Shown here: piece after piece, positions 1 to 11,122 of the stretch | Numbering within the stretch: the first letter of the stretch is position 1 | Layout of the letters: the number at the start of each line of letters is the position of its first letter | Origin: an uncultured delta proteobacterium | GTDB lineage: Bacteria; Myxococcota; Myxococcia; Myxococcales; Myxococcaceae | Length of the DNA: 64,000 nt | Assembly (NCBI GenBank): GCA_963776345.1 | Contig: CAVZMH010000017.1 | Location: 32,001 to 96,000, forward strand | Direction: 5' to 3' | Made by a program: the position numbers and the translations under genes | Notes under the pieces: generated by a model | The model's input: only the letters and a program-made list of their open reading frames with translations | The model's database searches: none | What the model was told of the DNA's origin: nothing

Positions 1-429
1 CTCCTCGGAGGGCTCTCGCAGTTCACCGAGCCGGGCCTGGCGGAGCGAGCCAGGGCGCTGTCCTTCGACGACCGGCTCCGGGTCAACGAGCGCCTGGAGG
101 TGCTGCGCGGACAGGTTGCCGAGCCCGACCTTCTGCCCGCCGCGTGGGCCTGGGTGAAGGGGCACCTCGGGGAGCTCGTTCACCGGATCCCCGAGACCTA
201 CGCGCAGTACCTCGCCCTCTCGCAGCGAGGCTGCGGCGAGGCGGACGCGGAGGAGCTCGAGCGGTCCCTCGGCCCCGAGATGGAGGCCCATGCCGGCGCT
301 GGCTACACCCTGGCCAAGGCAGCGGAGGCCACCCGGGTCTGCGGGGCGCTCGCCGCCCACCACCGGGCGAGCGTGGCCCGGTTCTTCGCCGGGACGAGCG
401 CCGGCCGCGGGCGAGCTGCGCTCCAGTAG
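1..429 (+). CDS. C-terminal fragment (5' end outside window), probably the ERAP1-like C-terminal domain of an M1 aminopeptidase
   Basis: Frame 1 is open from base 1 to TAG 429. The helical pattern 'AWAWVKGHLGELVHRIP...C...A.EATRVCGAL' resembles bacterial M1 peptidase C-termini. Confidence 0.6.
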   Translation, partial: LLGGLSQFTEPGLAERARALSFDDRLRVNERLEVLRGQVAEPDLLPAAWAWVKGHLGELVHRIPETYAQYLALSQRGCGEADAEELERSLGPEMEAHAGAGYTLAKAAEATRVCGALAAHHRASVARFFAGTSAGRGRAALQ

Positions 430-597
430 ACGGGTGGCTTCGGAGAGCTGAGATGTCGCGGTTCCGAGCGGCCGCGGGCCCGGAGGGGCAAGCCGCACCG
501 AGTCAAGACGGCCAAGGCCGGTCATCGCCACGTGGATCCTCGGGCCGCCTTGCACGGGGCGCACGGCTCTTCCACTCTCCCGCCCGGAGGGCATCCC

Positions 598-1650
598 ATG
601 ACCACTCGCCGCCACGTCGTCTCGGTGCTGGCCGCACTGCTCGGGTTGACCGTGAACGCGTCGGCCGGGGAACGGCCGGAGCACGGGCACGACGATCACC
701 TCCTCCGCGTTCCCCAGGACCATCCCACCATCCAGGAAGCGGTCGATGCGGCGAGCGACGGAGATCGGATCCGGGTCAGCCGCGGACGCTTCTGCGGAGC
801 GACCATCACCAAGCGGCTGGAGCTGACCGGTCGGGAGGGGGCGACGATCGTCGGATGCGCGGAGCCGGCAGCGGGGGCATATCGCGTGGGGTTCCTGCTC
901 CCCGATGAGCGGGCGTCCGGGACGAAGATCCGGGGCTTCCGGTTCGACGGGCGGGGGGTGTCGAACGCGAACCTCGCTCCGCTCGGCGCGGCCATCCTCG
1001 CCCGGTCCGCGGACGAGGTGAGCGTGATCGACAACCACTTCGACGGGACCTTCCAGGCGGTGACCAACACCGACGGGAGCCGCTGGAGCGTCCTCTTCAA
1101 TCGCATCGAGCACCTCACCGCGCTCACCTGTGACGGCGGCTGCGCGGGCGGCGACGCCATCGTCTTCCAGCAACGGCTGGTGCTGGACCGGCGGCCGAAG
1201 GGAAACCTGGCGGCGTTCAACCACGTCCAGGGCGACATCCCGGACGGGCTCGACGAGTTCTCGATGGTCGGCGTCTTCGTGCTCGGCCAGGAGCGGGCGC
1301 GGGTCGCCGGAAACGTCTTCACCATCCCCCACAATCCGGCCGCCGCCGCGCAGGGCGTGGGCGTGCTGGTGAGCGACCAGTGCTGCGCGGCGGTGGTGGT
1401 CTCGACCTCGGTGAAGACGGACGTGCTGTTCAACGACGGCCGCCGCTCCGAGCTGGTGCTCCGCGTGGACACCGATGCCCAGGGCGGGGCCGGGAACCTC
1501 GAGGGGGCGCGGATCTTCGGAAATCGCGGCCAGGTCGAGCTTCCCGCGGGAGCGACGCCCCCGCACCACGCCGGACGGGAGGCGCTCCGGGCCGCGGGCG
1601 CCTCCCTCCCCGCTCGGACGAGCGGGACTGCGCACTCGATCCTCTTCTAG
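598..1650 (+). CDS. Secreted right-handed beta-helix (pectin lyase-like) protein
   Basis: GGAGG RBS before ATG 598, signal peptide, '[28 protein letters not shown]' beta-helix cap motif, Asn-ladder repeats. Confidence 0.75.
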   Translation: MTTRRHVVSVLAALLGLTVNASAGERPEHGHDDHLLRVPQDHPTIQEAVDAASDGDRIRVSRGRFCGATITKRLELTGREGATIVGCAEPAAGAYRVGFLLPDERASGTKIRGFRFDGRGVSNANLAPLGAAILARSADEVSVIDNHFDGTFQAVTNTDGSRWSVLFNRIEHLTALTCDGGCAGGDAIVFQQRLVLDRRPKGNLAAFNHVQGDIPDGLDEFSMVGVFVLGQERARVAGNVFTIPHNPAAAAQGVGVLVSDQCCAAVVVSTSVKTDVLFNDGRRSELVLRVDTDAQGGAGNLEGARIFGNRGQVELPAGATPPHHAGREALRAAGASLPARTSGTAHSILF

Positions 1651-2975
1651 GCCTTGCGGCGACGGCGGACGAGGAGGCCGAGCGCGGCCAGCGCCAGGCC
1701 CGCGGCGGGAGCGCCAAAGGGAAGCGCGGTGCAGCCGCTGCCGTTGGAGCTGCTGGGCTGGACCTTGACCGTGAGGGCCGCGGTGGACTGCTGCACCCCG
1801 GGGTAGCGCGCGTCCGGAGTCACCATCTTCGCGGTGAGCTGGATGGTGTAGTCGCCGTCGGTGTCGGGGGTGAAGACGGGCTTCCCGATGTTGTCCGGAT
1901 AGGCGTAGGCCCAGTGGCGGCTGACGCTGGCCACGCCGACCGGGTTGTTGACGGCGGCGGACGAGCCGGCCGGCCGGGCGGAGACGGTCCAGGTGTAGCT
2001 GATGCCGACGTTGTTCCGGTTGGCGAACAGCGGCAGCCGGAGCGCCTCGCCGCGCTTGAGGGCGATGCTCCCACCGGCGCTCACCGCGAAGGCCGCGTTC
2101 GGGTCGAGGCAGGCGTTGGGGTTGGACGGGTCGATGACCACGCAGTAGCGCGCGTCGCAGGCGTCGCCCACGCCGTCGCCGTCGTCGTCGTGCTGGTCAG
2201 CGTTGGCGACGGTGGGGCAGTTGTCCTGGGCGTTCAGCACCCCGTCGTTGTCGATGTCCTTGTCGCAGGCGTCACCGATGCCGTCGTTGTCGGTGTCCTT
2301 CTGGTCGGGGTTGGCGACGCTGGGGCAGTTGTCGCGGGCGTCGTCGACGCCGTCACCGTCGGTGTCCACCACGCACTGCTGGCCGGGGATGCTGAGCGGA
2401 TTGCTCGCGTCGGCGATGCGGGGGCAGTGGTCCTGGGCATCCGGCACGCCGTCGTTGTCGTCGTCGGGGTCGCAGGCGTCGCCGATGCCGTCCTTGTCGG
2501 TGTCGAGCTGGTCGGCGTTGGGGATGGTGGGGCAGTTGTCCTGGGCGTTGGCGATGCCGTCGCCGTCCTTGTCGTCGTCGCAGGCGTCACCCTTGCCGTC
2601 GCCGTCGGTGTCGCGCTGGTCGGGGTTGGCGACCGCCGGGCAGTTGTCGCAGGCGTCGCCGATCCCGTCACCGTCGCCGTCGGCCTGGTCGCGGTTGGCG
2701 ACGAAGGGGCAGTTGTCGAAGCCGTCGGACTTGCCGTCGCCGTCGGCGTCGTCGGTGTAGCTGAGCGTCTTGCCGTCGTCGGTGTAGCTCACCCACACCG
2801 AGCAACCGCAGCCACAGCCACAGCCGCAACCGCCGCCGCCGCCTTGCTCCTGCGGCGCGCCGCACTGCGTGCCGAGACATTCCGGATTGTCGGCGTTCTG
2901 CGCACGCGCCGGCAGCGCGAACGTGAGCACGAGACCGATGGCCAGCAGCCAGAAAAAGCGAGCGCTCATCCCCAT
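1647..2975 (-). CDS. mtsC: Thrombospondin type-3 repeat cell-cohesion protein MtsC with MYXO-CTERM tail
   Basis: Signal peptide followed by '[33 protein letters not shown]'. Many DxDxDGxGDACD/DNCP repeats. C-terminal 'GC...[17 protein letters not shown]'. Only the 3' part of the 1647..6074 ORF is real. Confidence 0.85.
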   Translation of the reverse strand: MGMSARFFWLLAIGLVLTFALPARAQNADNPECLGTQCGAPQEQGGGGGCGCGCGCGCSVWVSYTDDGKTLSYTDDADGDGKSDGFDNCPFVANRDQADGDGDGIGDACDNCPAVANPDQRDTDGDGKGDACDDDKDGDGIANAQDNCPTIPNADQLDTDKDGIGDACDPDDDNDGVPDAQDHCPRIADASNPLSIPGQQCVVDTDGDGVDDARDNCPSVANPDQKDTDNDGIGDACDKDIDNDGVLNAQDNCPTVANADQHDDDGDGVGDACDARYCVVIDPSNPNACLDPNAAFAVSAGGSIALKRGEALRLPLFANRNNVGISYTWTVSARPAGSSAAVNNPVGVASVSRHWAYAYPDNIGKPVFTPDTDGDYTIQLTAKMVTPDARYPGVQQSTAALTVKVQPSSSNGSGCTALPFGAPAAGLALAALGLLVRRRRKA

Positions 2976-3010
2976 CTTCCTTCCCCGCCCTTCGCGCACC
3001 GCGGCCACAA

Positions 3011-3026
3011 AGCAAGAGTCGTTCCG
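3011..3026 (-). promoter_or_regulatory. sigma54-like -24/-12 promoter of mtsC
   Basis: Minus strand reads CGGAACGACTCTTGCT (GG-N10-GC), about 35 nt upstream of the start. Confidence 0.55.
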
Positions 3027-3319
3027 GCAACGCCGCCGTCGAGGCGTGCCCTCCGGGCGCTGCTGCATCTTTCCTGGCTGACTGATCCGCGCCTGCTCGA
3101 TTGCGGCGTCGGCCCCCCGCCGTGCTGAGGGGTCAACCCCACGGGAGCCACGAACCACTCGTGCTCGGGAGCGAGCGGCGATGCCCTCGACTCGTGAAGC
3201 GAAGAGCACACACTCGGCGTGCGCCGATGGCCGTCGCCGCATCCTCGGGCCGGCGCGCCCGCAAGCCTTGCGTGCGGCGCAGGTTCCCCGACGCCATGCT
3301 CGAGGCTGGAACCCTCTTC

Positions 3320-3335
3320 GGGCATGGGCGATGCA
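3320..3335 (+). promoter_or_regulatory. Possible sigma54-like promoter of amrS
   Basis: GGGCATGGGCGATGCA (GG-N10-GC), about 27 nt before ATG 3363. Confidence 0.35.
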
Positions 3336-3362
3336 ACTCACGGACTCGAGGGGAGCGTGCCC

Positions 3363-4493
3363 ATGACTCGACCCATGTCCGAGGCCAAGGCCCTTCACGC
3401 GGAGATCGCGCCCGGTGTCGTCCGCGGTGACTGGTGGCATCGCCTCGAGGACGGCCGCGTCCAGTGCGATCTCTGCCCGCGCTTCTGCAGGCTCCACGAG
3501 GGACAGAAGGCCTTCTGCTTCGTCCGCGAGGCCCGGAACGGGGAGATCGTCCTCACCAGCTACGGGCGGGCGACCGGCTTCTGCGTCGACCCGATCGAGA
3601 AGAAGCCGCTCAACCACTTCTACCCGGGCTCGAGCGTGCTCTCCTTCGGCACCGCCGGCTGCAATCTCGGCTGCCGCTTCTGCCAGAACTGGGACATCTC
3701 CAAGGCCCGCGAGGACCGCATCCTCGCCGCCCGCGCCTCGCCGCGACGGGTGGCGGAGGCCGCGGTGGCGGCCGGCTGCAGGAGCGTGGCCTTCACCTAC
3801 AACGACCCGATCATCTTCGCCGAGTACGCGATCGACTGCGCCATCGAGGCACACGCGCGCGGCATCAAGACGGTGGCGGTGTCGAGCGGCTACATGGCGC
3901 CCGAGGCCCGCCGCGCGTTCTACGCGCACATGGACGCGGTGAACGTCGATCTCAAGGCGTTCACCGAGAGCTTCTATCGAGAGCTCTGCTTCGCCCACCT
4001 CGAGCCGGTGCTCGACACGCTCAGATGGCTCAAGCACGAGACGGAGGTCTGGCTCGAGGTCACGACGCTCCTCATCCCCGGCCGCAACGACTCCGAGGAG
4101 GAGGTGGAGAAGCTCTGCACCTGGTTCGCCCGGGAGCTCGGGCCGGAGGTGCCGCTGCACTTCACCGCCTTCCACCCCGACTTCATGATGATGGACGTCC
4201 CACCGACGCCGGCGGCGACGCTCACCCGGGCCCGTGAGCAGGGGAAGGCCGCCGGGCTGAAGCACGTCTACACCGGGAACGTCCGCGACCTCCGGGGCCA
4301 GTCCACCTCCTGCCCGCGCTGCTGGCGGCAGGTCATCGGCCGGGACGGCTACGAGATCACCGACTGGCAGCTCGACGGCCAGGGGCGGTGCAAGGCCTGC
4401 AAGGAGCGGCTCGCCGGGCACTTCGACCCCGAGCCGGGCCGCTGGGGCGCGAGGCGCAGGCCGCTCGACCTCGAGGCCGAGGAATTCAGGTGA
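3363..4493 (+). CDS. amrS: AmmeMemoRadiSam system radical SAM enzyme
   Basis: N-terminal CxxCPxxC...C, '[13 protein letters not shown]', CxxxCxxC (CNLGCRFC), 'YVYTGNV'-like C-terminus with CPxC...CxxC. Confidence 0.92.
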   Translation: MTRPMSEAKALHAEIAPGVVRGDWWHRLEDGRVQCDLCPRFCRLHEGQKAFCFVREARNGEIVLTSYGRATGFCVDPIEKKPLNHFYPGSSVLSFGTAGCNLGCRFCQNWDISKAREDRILAARASPRRVAEAAVAAGCRSVAFTYNDPIIFAEYAIDCAIEAHARGIKTVAVSSGYMAPEARRAFYAHMDAVNVDLKAFTESFYRELCFAHLEPVLDTLRWLKHETEVWLEVTTLLIPGRNDSEEEVEKLCTWFARELGPEVPLHFTAFHPDFMMMDVPPTPAATLTRAREQGKAAGLKHVYTGNVRDLRGQSTSCPRCWRQVIGRDGYEITDWQLDGQGRCKACKERLAGHFDPEPGRWGARRRPLDLEAEEFR

Positions 4494-5321
4494 GCGGGTC
4501 CGGCGAGCGCCTCGAGGTGCGGCCTCCCGGCCGTGGCCGGCTCCTTCTACCCCGCCCAGCCGGAGGCGCTCCGCGGCGCGGTGGACCGGCTCCTGGCCCA
4601 GGCCGCTCCGCCACCGGTCCACGGCTCGCTGCGAGGGCTGATCGCCCCGCACGCCGGCTACGTCTACTCGGGGCCCATCGCCGCCAGCGCCTACGCCGTG
4701 CTCGCCAGGGCATCTCCCGGCCCGCGGCGCATCGTGCTGCTCGGCCCGTCGCACTTCGTCGCCTTCACCGGGCTGGCGCTCCCGGAGGCCGAGGCGCTGG
4801 AGACCCCGCTGGGCGTGGTGCCGGTCGATCCCCTCGCCGCGTCGCTGCCGGGACGCTTCGCGCAGGTGATTCGCTCGGAGCGGGCGCACCGGCGGGAGCA
4901 CTCGCTCGAGGTGCAGCTGCCCTTCCTCCAGCGCGTGCTCCCCGGAGGCTTCACCGTGGTGCCGATGGCGGTGGGTCTGGCCCCGCCGGCCGAGGTCGCC
5001 GAGGTGATCGAGGCCCTGTGGGACCTGCCCGGCACGCTGGTGCTGGTGAGCACGGACCTCTCGCACTACCTGCCGGCGAGCGAGGCGCGCGAGGTGGACA
5101 GCCGGACCGCCGGGCTCATCGTGAATCGGGAGGCCGAGCAGCTCGAGCCGGACATGGCCTGCGGCCACCACCCGCTCGCCGGCCTGCTGCTCGCGGCGCG
5201 GCGGAGGGGGTTCTCCATCGAGCCGCTCGACTTGCGCAACTCGTCGGACACCGCGGGCGACCCCGAGCAGGTGGTGGGCTACGGAGCGTTCGCGGTGGTC
5301 GAGGCTGGGAGCGCCCGGTAG
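4490..5321 (+). CDS. amrB: AmmeMemoRadiSam system protein B (MEMO1 family), with an apparent +1 frameshift near 4527
   Basis: Motifs 'AGSFYP', '[10 protein letters not shown]', 'LGPSH', '[11 protein letters not shown]', 'STDLSHY', 'VVGY'. GTG 4490 overlaps the amrS stop and restores '[12 protein letters not shown]' if one C is removed. Confidence 0.88.
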
Positions 5322-5332
5322 GGCCCCGACGA

Positions 5333-5990
5333 TCAGTCCTCGTACCTGTCGTGGTGTCGCACCCAGGCCTGCGTGAAGTCGAGCGCGTCCTCGTCTCGAC
5401 CCTTGGGGACCAGGTCCAGGTAGTTGTAGGCGGTGTTCACCAGGTCGATGCCGCGGGCGTAGGCCGAGTAGGTGTGAAAGATGGCTCCCTCGCCGTCCCG
5501 GTAGAAGACGCTGACCCCTTCCCGGTCCTGATGGCTCTCGCCCGTCTCCTCCGGGGAATAGTTGTAGAGGACCGGTCCCTTCCTGAGCTGCTCGGGGGTG
5601 AAGGAGACGCCGTAGTCGTAGTTGAAGTCCGTCTTCCCCGAGGACAGCCACTTGAACTTCCACCCCATCCGTTTCTTGAAGGCCTCGATCTTGCTCAGCG
5701 GGGCCCGGGAGATGGCGACGAAGGTCACGTCGCGGTGGTTCAGGTGCACCCCGATCTCGTTGAAGTTGTCCGCCCAGAAGGAGCAGTGGGGACACCCCTC
5801 GTTCCAGTCCGGGGCGAACATGAAGTGGTAGACGATGAGCTGGCTGCGCTTCTCGAAGAGGTCCGCCAGGGTCTCCTTCCCCTTCGGCCCCTCGAAGACG
5901 TACTTCTTGTCGACCCTCACCCAGGGGAGCTCTCGCCGCTGACGGTTCAGCTCGTCCCGGAGGTGGGTGAACTCCTTCTCCCTGGCCAAG
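5333..5990 (-). pseudogene. DUF899 thioredoxin-like protein, apparently 5'-truncated
   Basis: Contains '[19 protein letters not shown]', 'LIVYHFMF.P....[10 protein letters not shown]', 'HTYSAYARG', 'PKGRDE', 'WVRHHDRY'. Family-like sequence stops near 5990 with no credible start. Confidence 0.7.
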
Positions 5991-6320
5991 CCGGCGGCGC
6001 GGCCGGCGCGCAGCTGACCGCTCCCGCCGCCTCCGTGGCGCTGCCGACCGGAAGCGGTGCGGCCCCGGACGCATCGCCGTACCGGAGCGGGAGCTGCGAG
6101 CGATGTTGGCGAGAGCAGCGTCGGTGCGTTGAGCCCGCTTCGTCGCGCCCGAGCCGGGGCTCCGTCGGGCCGGCAGGCAACCTGGCAGCTCGTCATGGTC
6201 GAGAGGATGGCTGGCACGACCTGCGGCGAGCGAATGGACCTCCCAACAACCCGGGGTACTTCGACACGCACGCCGACCAGCTCGACGTCCGCACCTGGAT
6301 CACCCGGGCGCGCCGAACAA

Positions 6321-7430
6321 CTAGCCGAACAGCTCGCGCACCTTCTCGAAGAAGGTCTTGGTCTGGGGATGGGTCTGCTCCCCGGACAGCTCGGCGAACT
6401 TCTCCAGCAGCGCCTTCTGCTCGGCGGTCAGGTGGGTGGGCGTCTCGACCAGGATGCGCACGTGCTGGTCCCCGCGTCCGCCGCCGTGCAGGTGGGGGAT
6501 GCCCTTGCCCTTGATGCGGAACACCTTCCCGCTCTGGGTACCGGCGGGGATCTTCATCCGGTGCTTGCCGTCGAGCGTGGGCACCTCGAGCTGCGCCCCG
6601 AGCGCCGCCTGGACGAAGGACACCGGCACCTCGCAGAGCACCTCGGTGTCCTCGCGCACGAAGATGGGGTGGTCCTTCACGTGGATGACCACGTACAGGT
6701 CGCCGGAGGGACCCCCGTGCTCTCCCGGCTCGCCCTCGCCGGTCACGCGGACGCGCGTCCCGGTGTCCACGCCGGCGGGAATCTTGACCGTGAGGTTGGT
6801 CTGGCCGTCGATCCGACCCGCGCCCCGGCACTGGGTGCACGGCGCGGTCGCGGTCTGTCCGGAGCCACCGCACGTACTGCAGGGACGGCTCACCGAGAAG
6901 AAGCCCTGCGTGTAGCGCAGCTCGCCCGCTCCCCCGCAGCTCGGGCAGGTGCGAACCTTCTTGTCCGCGCTCCCCGTGCCCTCACAGGCCTCGCAGCGCT
7001 TCGGCTTGGGAATGCGGACCTGCACCTCCGAGCCGAACGCCGCCTCCTCGAAGGTGACCTCGAGGTTGTAGCGGAGGTCCGCCCCGCGGCTGCGCCCGCC
7101 CCTCCGTGACCGGGTGGCGCCGAAGATGTCGCCGAAGATCTCCCCCAGGACGTCGTTCAGGTTCGAGGGGTTGAATCCGCCGAAGCCCTCGAAGGGGTTT
7201 CCGGCCTGGCCGAACCGGTCGTAGCGCGCCCGCTTCTCCGGATCCGACAGGACCTCGTAGGCCTCCGAGGCCTCCTTGAAGCGGTCCTCCGCCTGGTGGT
7301 CGCCCGGATTCCGGTCCGGGTGGTACTGCAGGGCGAGCTTCCGGTACGCGCTCTTCAGCTCCGCCGCCGTGCACTCCCGAACCACACCGAGGACCTCGTA
7401 GTAATCACGCTTGCTCGCAGAGGCGGCCAT
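6321..7430 (-). CDS. dnaJ: Molecular chaperone DnaJ
   Basis: J-domain with HPD, G/F-rich linker, four CxxCxGxG zinc-finger motifs, C-terminal domain. Confidence 0.97.
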   Translation of the reverse strand: MAASASKRDYYEVLGVVRECTAAELKSAYRKLALQYHPDRNPGDHQAEDRFKEASEAYEVLSDPEKRARYDRFGQAGNPFEGFGGFNPSNLNDVLGEIFGDIFGATRSRRGGRSRGADLRYNLEVTFEEAAFGSEVQVRIPKPKRCEACEGTGSADKKVRTCPSCGGAGELRYTQGFFSVSRPCSTCGGSGQTATAPCTQCRGAGRIDGQTNLTVKIPAGVDTGTRVRVTGEGEPGEHGGPSGDLYVVIHVKDHPIFVREDTEVLCEVPVSFVQAALGAQLEVPTLDGKHRMKIPAGTQSGKVFRIKGKGIPHLHGGGRGDQHVRILVETPTHLTAEQKALLEKFAELSGEQTHPQTKTFFEKVRELFG

Positions 7431-7560
7431 CGGTCCTTGCTCAACCCTTCATCGCCACAGGGGGATTTCACCCGGAGGAGCCCCGGGCCGCTCGGAGCAT
7501 AATGCAGCGCCGTCGGTCGGCAACGCGGGCGACCCGGGACACCGGCACTCCTTGACGCGC

Positions 7561-9312
7561 ATGACCTCCACCCTGGGCCGGCTCCTCGCGCTGTTGCGCC
7601 CTTCGGCGCGCCTCGTCGTCGGCGCGGTGCTCGCCGCCGCGGTGAGCGCCGCCGCCGCGGCCGGGTACGCCTGGCTCATCGGGCCCCTGCTCCGGAGCGT
7701 GCTGCTCTCCGAGCCGATGCACGTCGGCGGGCTCTACACGTCGCCGGAGCAGGCCCGATGGCTGTTGCCCGGGCTGCTGATCCTCCTGGCCGTGGTGAAG
7801 GCCGGGGCGCAGCTGCTCCAGACCGGCTGGATGCAGGTCGCCGGACAGCGCGCGCTGGCCCGGTTGCGCTCGGACCTCTACGCCCACCTCCTCGCGCTCC
7901 CCCCGGCGACCCACGAGTCGCGGGCGAGCGGCGACGTGCTCAGCCGGCTCACCGCCGACGTGGCGCAGGTGGAGTTCTCGGTCACCCAGGCCCTGACCAG
8001 CTGGGTGCGCGACGCGCTCCAGCTCCTCGCGCTCCTCGGTGTCTGCCTGGCGCTCGACTGGCGGCTCTTCGCCCTGAGCTTCGTGGTCTTCCCGGCGGCG
8101 CTGGTGCCCATCACCCGGTTCGCCCGGGCGGTGAAGAAGACGGCGCGGACGACGCAGGGCAGCCTGGGGAACCTCACCGCGCTGGTCGGCGAGCAGCTCC
8201 AGGCCCTCCCGGTGGTCCAGGCCTACGGGATGGAGCCGCGGGTCCGGACGCAGTTCGACGCCGAGCAGGCCCGCTACCTCCGGGAGATGGACCGCTCGCT
8301 CCTGCTCCGTGGCGCGGCGAGCCCCTCCATCGAGCTCCTCGGCATCACCGGCCTCGCGCTCGCCCTCGCGGTCGGCGCCCGGGCGGTCCGGGCCGAGCCT
8401 TCGCTCGCCAGCCACCTCATGTCCTACGTGGGCGCGGTGCTGCTGATGTACGGGCCGCTGAAGACGCTCTCCTCCACCGTCACCCAGGTGGTCGCCGGGG
8501 TGGGCGCGGCCGAGCGGGTGTTCGAGCTCGAGGACCGCAGCGTGCCGCCCGACAGCGGGGACCCCGCGCCGCCGCTCCTCCGCGGGCTCCGGCTGGAGGA
8601 CCTCCGCATCCAGTACGGCGAGGTCGAGGCCATCCGCGGTCTCACGCTGGAGCTCCCCGCGGGCAAGACCGTGGCCCTGGTGGGCGCGTCCGGGGCGGGC
8701 AAGAGCACGCTCTTCTCGGCCCTGCTCCGGTTCGTCGACCCGGCGGGCGGAGGCATCCTCTGGGACGGGCAGGACGTGCGCGCGTTCAGCCGGGCCTCGG
8801 TGCGGGCGCGCATCGCCTGGGTGCCGCAGGATGCGGTGCTCTTCGCGGGCCCGGTGCGCGACGCGGTCCTGGTCGGCAAGCCCGGCGCGAGCGACGCCGA
8901 GGTGTGGAGCGCGCTGGAGCGGGCCCACGGCGCCGAGTTCGTCCGTGCGCTGCCGCAGGGCCTGGACACGCAGGTCGGTGAGCGCGGGGCGCAGCTGAGC
9001 GGCGGAGAGCGGCAGCGGCTGGCAATCGCCCGGGCGTTCATCCGCGAGCCGTCGCTGCTGCTCCTCGACGAGCCAACCAGCAGCCTCGACGCGGCGAGCG
9101 AGGCGCTGGTCCAGGCGGGACTCGCCGAGCTGAAGGCCGGCCGCACCACGCTGGTCATCGCCCACCGCCTGTCGACGGTGAGGAATGCCGACCTGATCGT
9201 CGTCCTGGAGGGAGGCCGGGTCGTCGAGCAGGGGACGCACGACCAGCTCGTGGCGCACGGCACGGTGTACCGCCGGCTGCTGGACCGGGGAGTCGCCGAT
9301 GGCGCGGCGTGA
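7561..9312 (+). CDS. ABC exporter, fused TMD + NBD (MsbA-like)
   Basis: Hydrophobic N-terminal half, GASGAGKS Walker A, LSGGERQR signature, LLLDEPT Walker B, IAHRLST. Confidence 0.9.
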   Translation: MTSTLGRLLALLRPSARLVVGAVLAAAVSAAAAAGYAWLIGPLLRSVLLSEPMHVGGLYTSPEQARWLLPGLLILLAVVKAGAQLLQTGWMQVAGQRALARLRSDLYAHLLALPPATHESRASGDVLSRLTADVAQVEFSVTQALTSWVRDALQLLALLGVCLALDWRLFALSFVVFPAALVPITRFARAVKKTARTTQGSLGNLTALVGEQLQALPVVQAYGMEPRVRTQFDAEQARYLREMDRSLLLRGAASPSIELLGITGLALALAVGARAVRAEPSLASHLMSYVGAVLLMYGPLKTLSSTVTQVVAGVGAAERVFELEDRSVPPDSGDPAPPLLRGLRLEDLRIQYGEVEAIRGLTLELPAGKTVALVGASGAGKSTLFSALLRFVDPAGGGILWDGQDVRAFSRASVRARIAWVPQDAVLFAGPVRDAVLVGKPGASDAEVWSALERAHGAEFVRALPQGLDTQVGERGAQLSGGERQRLAIARAFIREPSLLLLDEPTSSLDAASEALVQAGLAELKAGRTTLVIAHRLSTVRNADLIVVLEGGRVVEQGTHDQLVAHGTVYRRLLDRGVADGAA

Positions 9313-10067
9313 CCGCCGGGGCCGCGAGGAGTCCGGCGTTCCTCCACCGGTTCGAGAGCGCCGAGGTGCTGGCGGAGCTGCTCGGCGTGGCGGAGTCCCC
9401 CCTCGATCCCGAGGAGGTGCTGAGGAGGTTCCGCGCCGGACGCGCCGAGGGTGCCGAGGCGGGCGAGGTCATCCCCACGCTCTTTCCGGGGCCTCCCCGC
9501 TTCCCGGATCCGGACGTCGCCCGGCGGCTGTTCCAGAACCTGCTCGGGCTCTGGGATGCCGCGGCCTCTCCGGACTTCCGGCTCTCCGGCGAGTCCGTGG
9601 CTCCACGACGGCCCCGTCCCGGGAAGGTCGACCCCCCGGGTCCCCCGGGACCGGGCGGACCGGATGCGGCCTACGTCGCCGCGGTCCGCGCATGGCTGGC
9701 GACGGATCGACGGGCCCACCAGCGGCTGACCGATTCGTTCGAGAACCGGCAGGACGCCCTCCTGTGCTCCCTTGACGAGCGGGGCCTCTCGGACGAAGGT
9801 TGGGGGGTCCTCCGCCAGCTGGCGTTCGAGCTGCACGCCGTTCTCGAGCACACAGATGGCGCCGCCCCGGGGTCGGTCCCGCCCGAGGCGCTCGAGGGTG
9901 ACCCAGCGGCGAAGGTTCCGGTGGAGCTGATCGGCCTCGTCGACCAGGCGCTCGCCCCGGCCGAGCAGGACGGCACAGGACCCGTGCCGGAGGCGGAGCG
10001 CGACACCGTTCGCACCCTTGGCCGGCAGGTGCTCGGCGCGCTGTGGGCGGCGCGAGCCCGGAGGTGA
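9309..10067 (+). CDS. Hypothetical protein
   Basis: GTGA coupling with the upstream stop, GC3-biased frame, helical acidic protein. Confidence 0.7.
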   Translation: MTAGAARSPAFLHRFESAEVLAELLGVAESPLDPEEVLRRFRAGRAEGAEAGEVIPTLFPGPPRFPDPDVARRLFQNLLGLWDAAASPDFRLSGESVAPRRPRPGKVDPPGPPGPGGPDAAYVAAVRAWLATDRRAHQRLTDSFENRQDALLCSLDERGLSDEGWGVLRQLAFELHAVLEHTDGAAPGSVPPEALEGDPAAKVPVELIGLVDQALAPAEQDGTGPVPEAERDTVRTLGRQVLGALWAARARR

Positions 10068-10075
10068 CGGACACC

Positions 10076-10630
10076 ATGGTGAAAGACGACGACGACGGCG
10101 GCGGCTTCACCGGGAAGCGCAACAAGAGCTGGCGGGAGATCGACGCCCGGCGCGGAAAGAGCAAGTACCACTCGCGCCAGGACGACCCGGCCCAGCAGCG
10201 CATCGAGCGCAGCGCGACGTACACCCGGTACAAGCAGGCGGCGGACGCGCTCTTCACCGGCGGCGCCCTCCCCGAGGGCCTGGCGAAGACCTTCGACCCG
10301 GACGGCAAGCGTCAGGCGCAGAAGGAGGCGATGGCCAAGCTGCGCGAGCTGCCCGACCGGAAGGCCTGGGCCGAGGGCGTGCTCGAGTACCTGGAACGGT
10401 ACCCGGAGCTGCCCGAGGACCCGTACTTCCTCGACCAGCTGCTGGACCACCCGCGCGACCGCGTCGTCGGCCAGGCTCTGGGGAAGCTCGAGGCGATGCA
10501 GGAGGCGGGCACCTTGAAGGCCAAGCTGCCCAAGAGCCTCGACCAGCGGCTCAAGTCGCTGGAGCTGACCAGCATGGATCCGGAGCTGCAGCAGCGGGCC
10601 CGGATCCTGCGCGAGCAGCTGCGGGCGTGA
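10076..10630 (+). CDS. Hypothetical charged helical protein
   Basis: GGAGG RBS before ATG 10076, typical codon usage, coupled to the next gene. Confidence 0.75.
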   Translation: MVKDDDDGGGFTGKRNKSWREIDARRGKSKYHSRQDDPAQQRIERSATYTRYKQAADALFTGGALPEGLAKTFDPDGKRQAQKEAMAKLRELPDRKAWAEGVLEYLERYPELPEDPYFLDQLLDHPRDRVVGQALGKLEAMQEAGTLKAKLPKSLDQRLKSLELTSMDPELQQRARILREQLRA

Positions 10631-11104
10631 GCGGGGACGGCTGGACGATTCGCCCCGTCCGGCCCGACGACGCGCCGGCGTTGCGCCGGATGCGCGAGGA
10701 GGCGGGCTGGGACCTGGAGAAGGTTCCGGCGTGGATCGCCGCGTCGCTCTCGGGCGAGCGCCCCACGTGGGTCGCCGTGCTCGCGGGCGCCACGGTGGGC
10801 ATGGTGAGCATCGAGTTCGTCGACCCGGACCCCGAGGTCGCGAACGGCAAGGACGTGGCCGTCATCGCCAGCCTCTCGGTGCTGGCGAGCGCCGCGCGAC
10901 GGGGCATCGGCCGCGCGCTGACCGTCTTCGCCGAGGAGCAGGCGCGGGCCCGCGGGCGTGCGGGTGCTGACGCTCAACACCCGGCCGGCGAACGCCGCGG
11001 CCCTCGCGCTGTACGAGGGGCTCGGCTACCGGCGCTGGAAAGAGCAGGAGCGTCCGTGGGGCCTGGCGGTGTTCCTCCGCAAGCGCCTCGACGGCCCTCG
11101 CTGA
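10627..11104 (+). CDS. GNAT N-acetyltransferase with an apparent +1 frameshift near 10955
   Basis: 'IRPVRPDD' and motif A 'ARRGIGRAL'. After removing one G it continues 'GVRVLTLNTRPANAAALALYEGLGY' to TGA 11104. Confidence 0.8.
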
Positions 11105-11122
11105 TCCAGGGAACCCCGGTCG

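Noticed and set aside
472..486. 15-bp match CCGCGGGCCCGGAGG to the reverse complement near 12279-12293
   Set aside because: Nearly all G/C; could be chance at this composition.
2130..2790. Tandem GTCGCCGTC-type repeats as a CRISPR or DNA repeat
   Set aside because: They are coding thrombospondin type-3 repeats of MtsC, with no constant repeat/unique spacer pattern.
3129..3140. GGGGTCAACCCC palindrome as another REP copy
   Set aside because: Too short and dissimilar to the 22-nt consensus to support.
1647..6074. 1475-aa minus-strand ORF
   Set aside because: Only the last 442 codons (MtsC) are credible. The rest is antisense to amrS/amrB and out of frame with DUF899: a stop-poor high-GC shadow.
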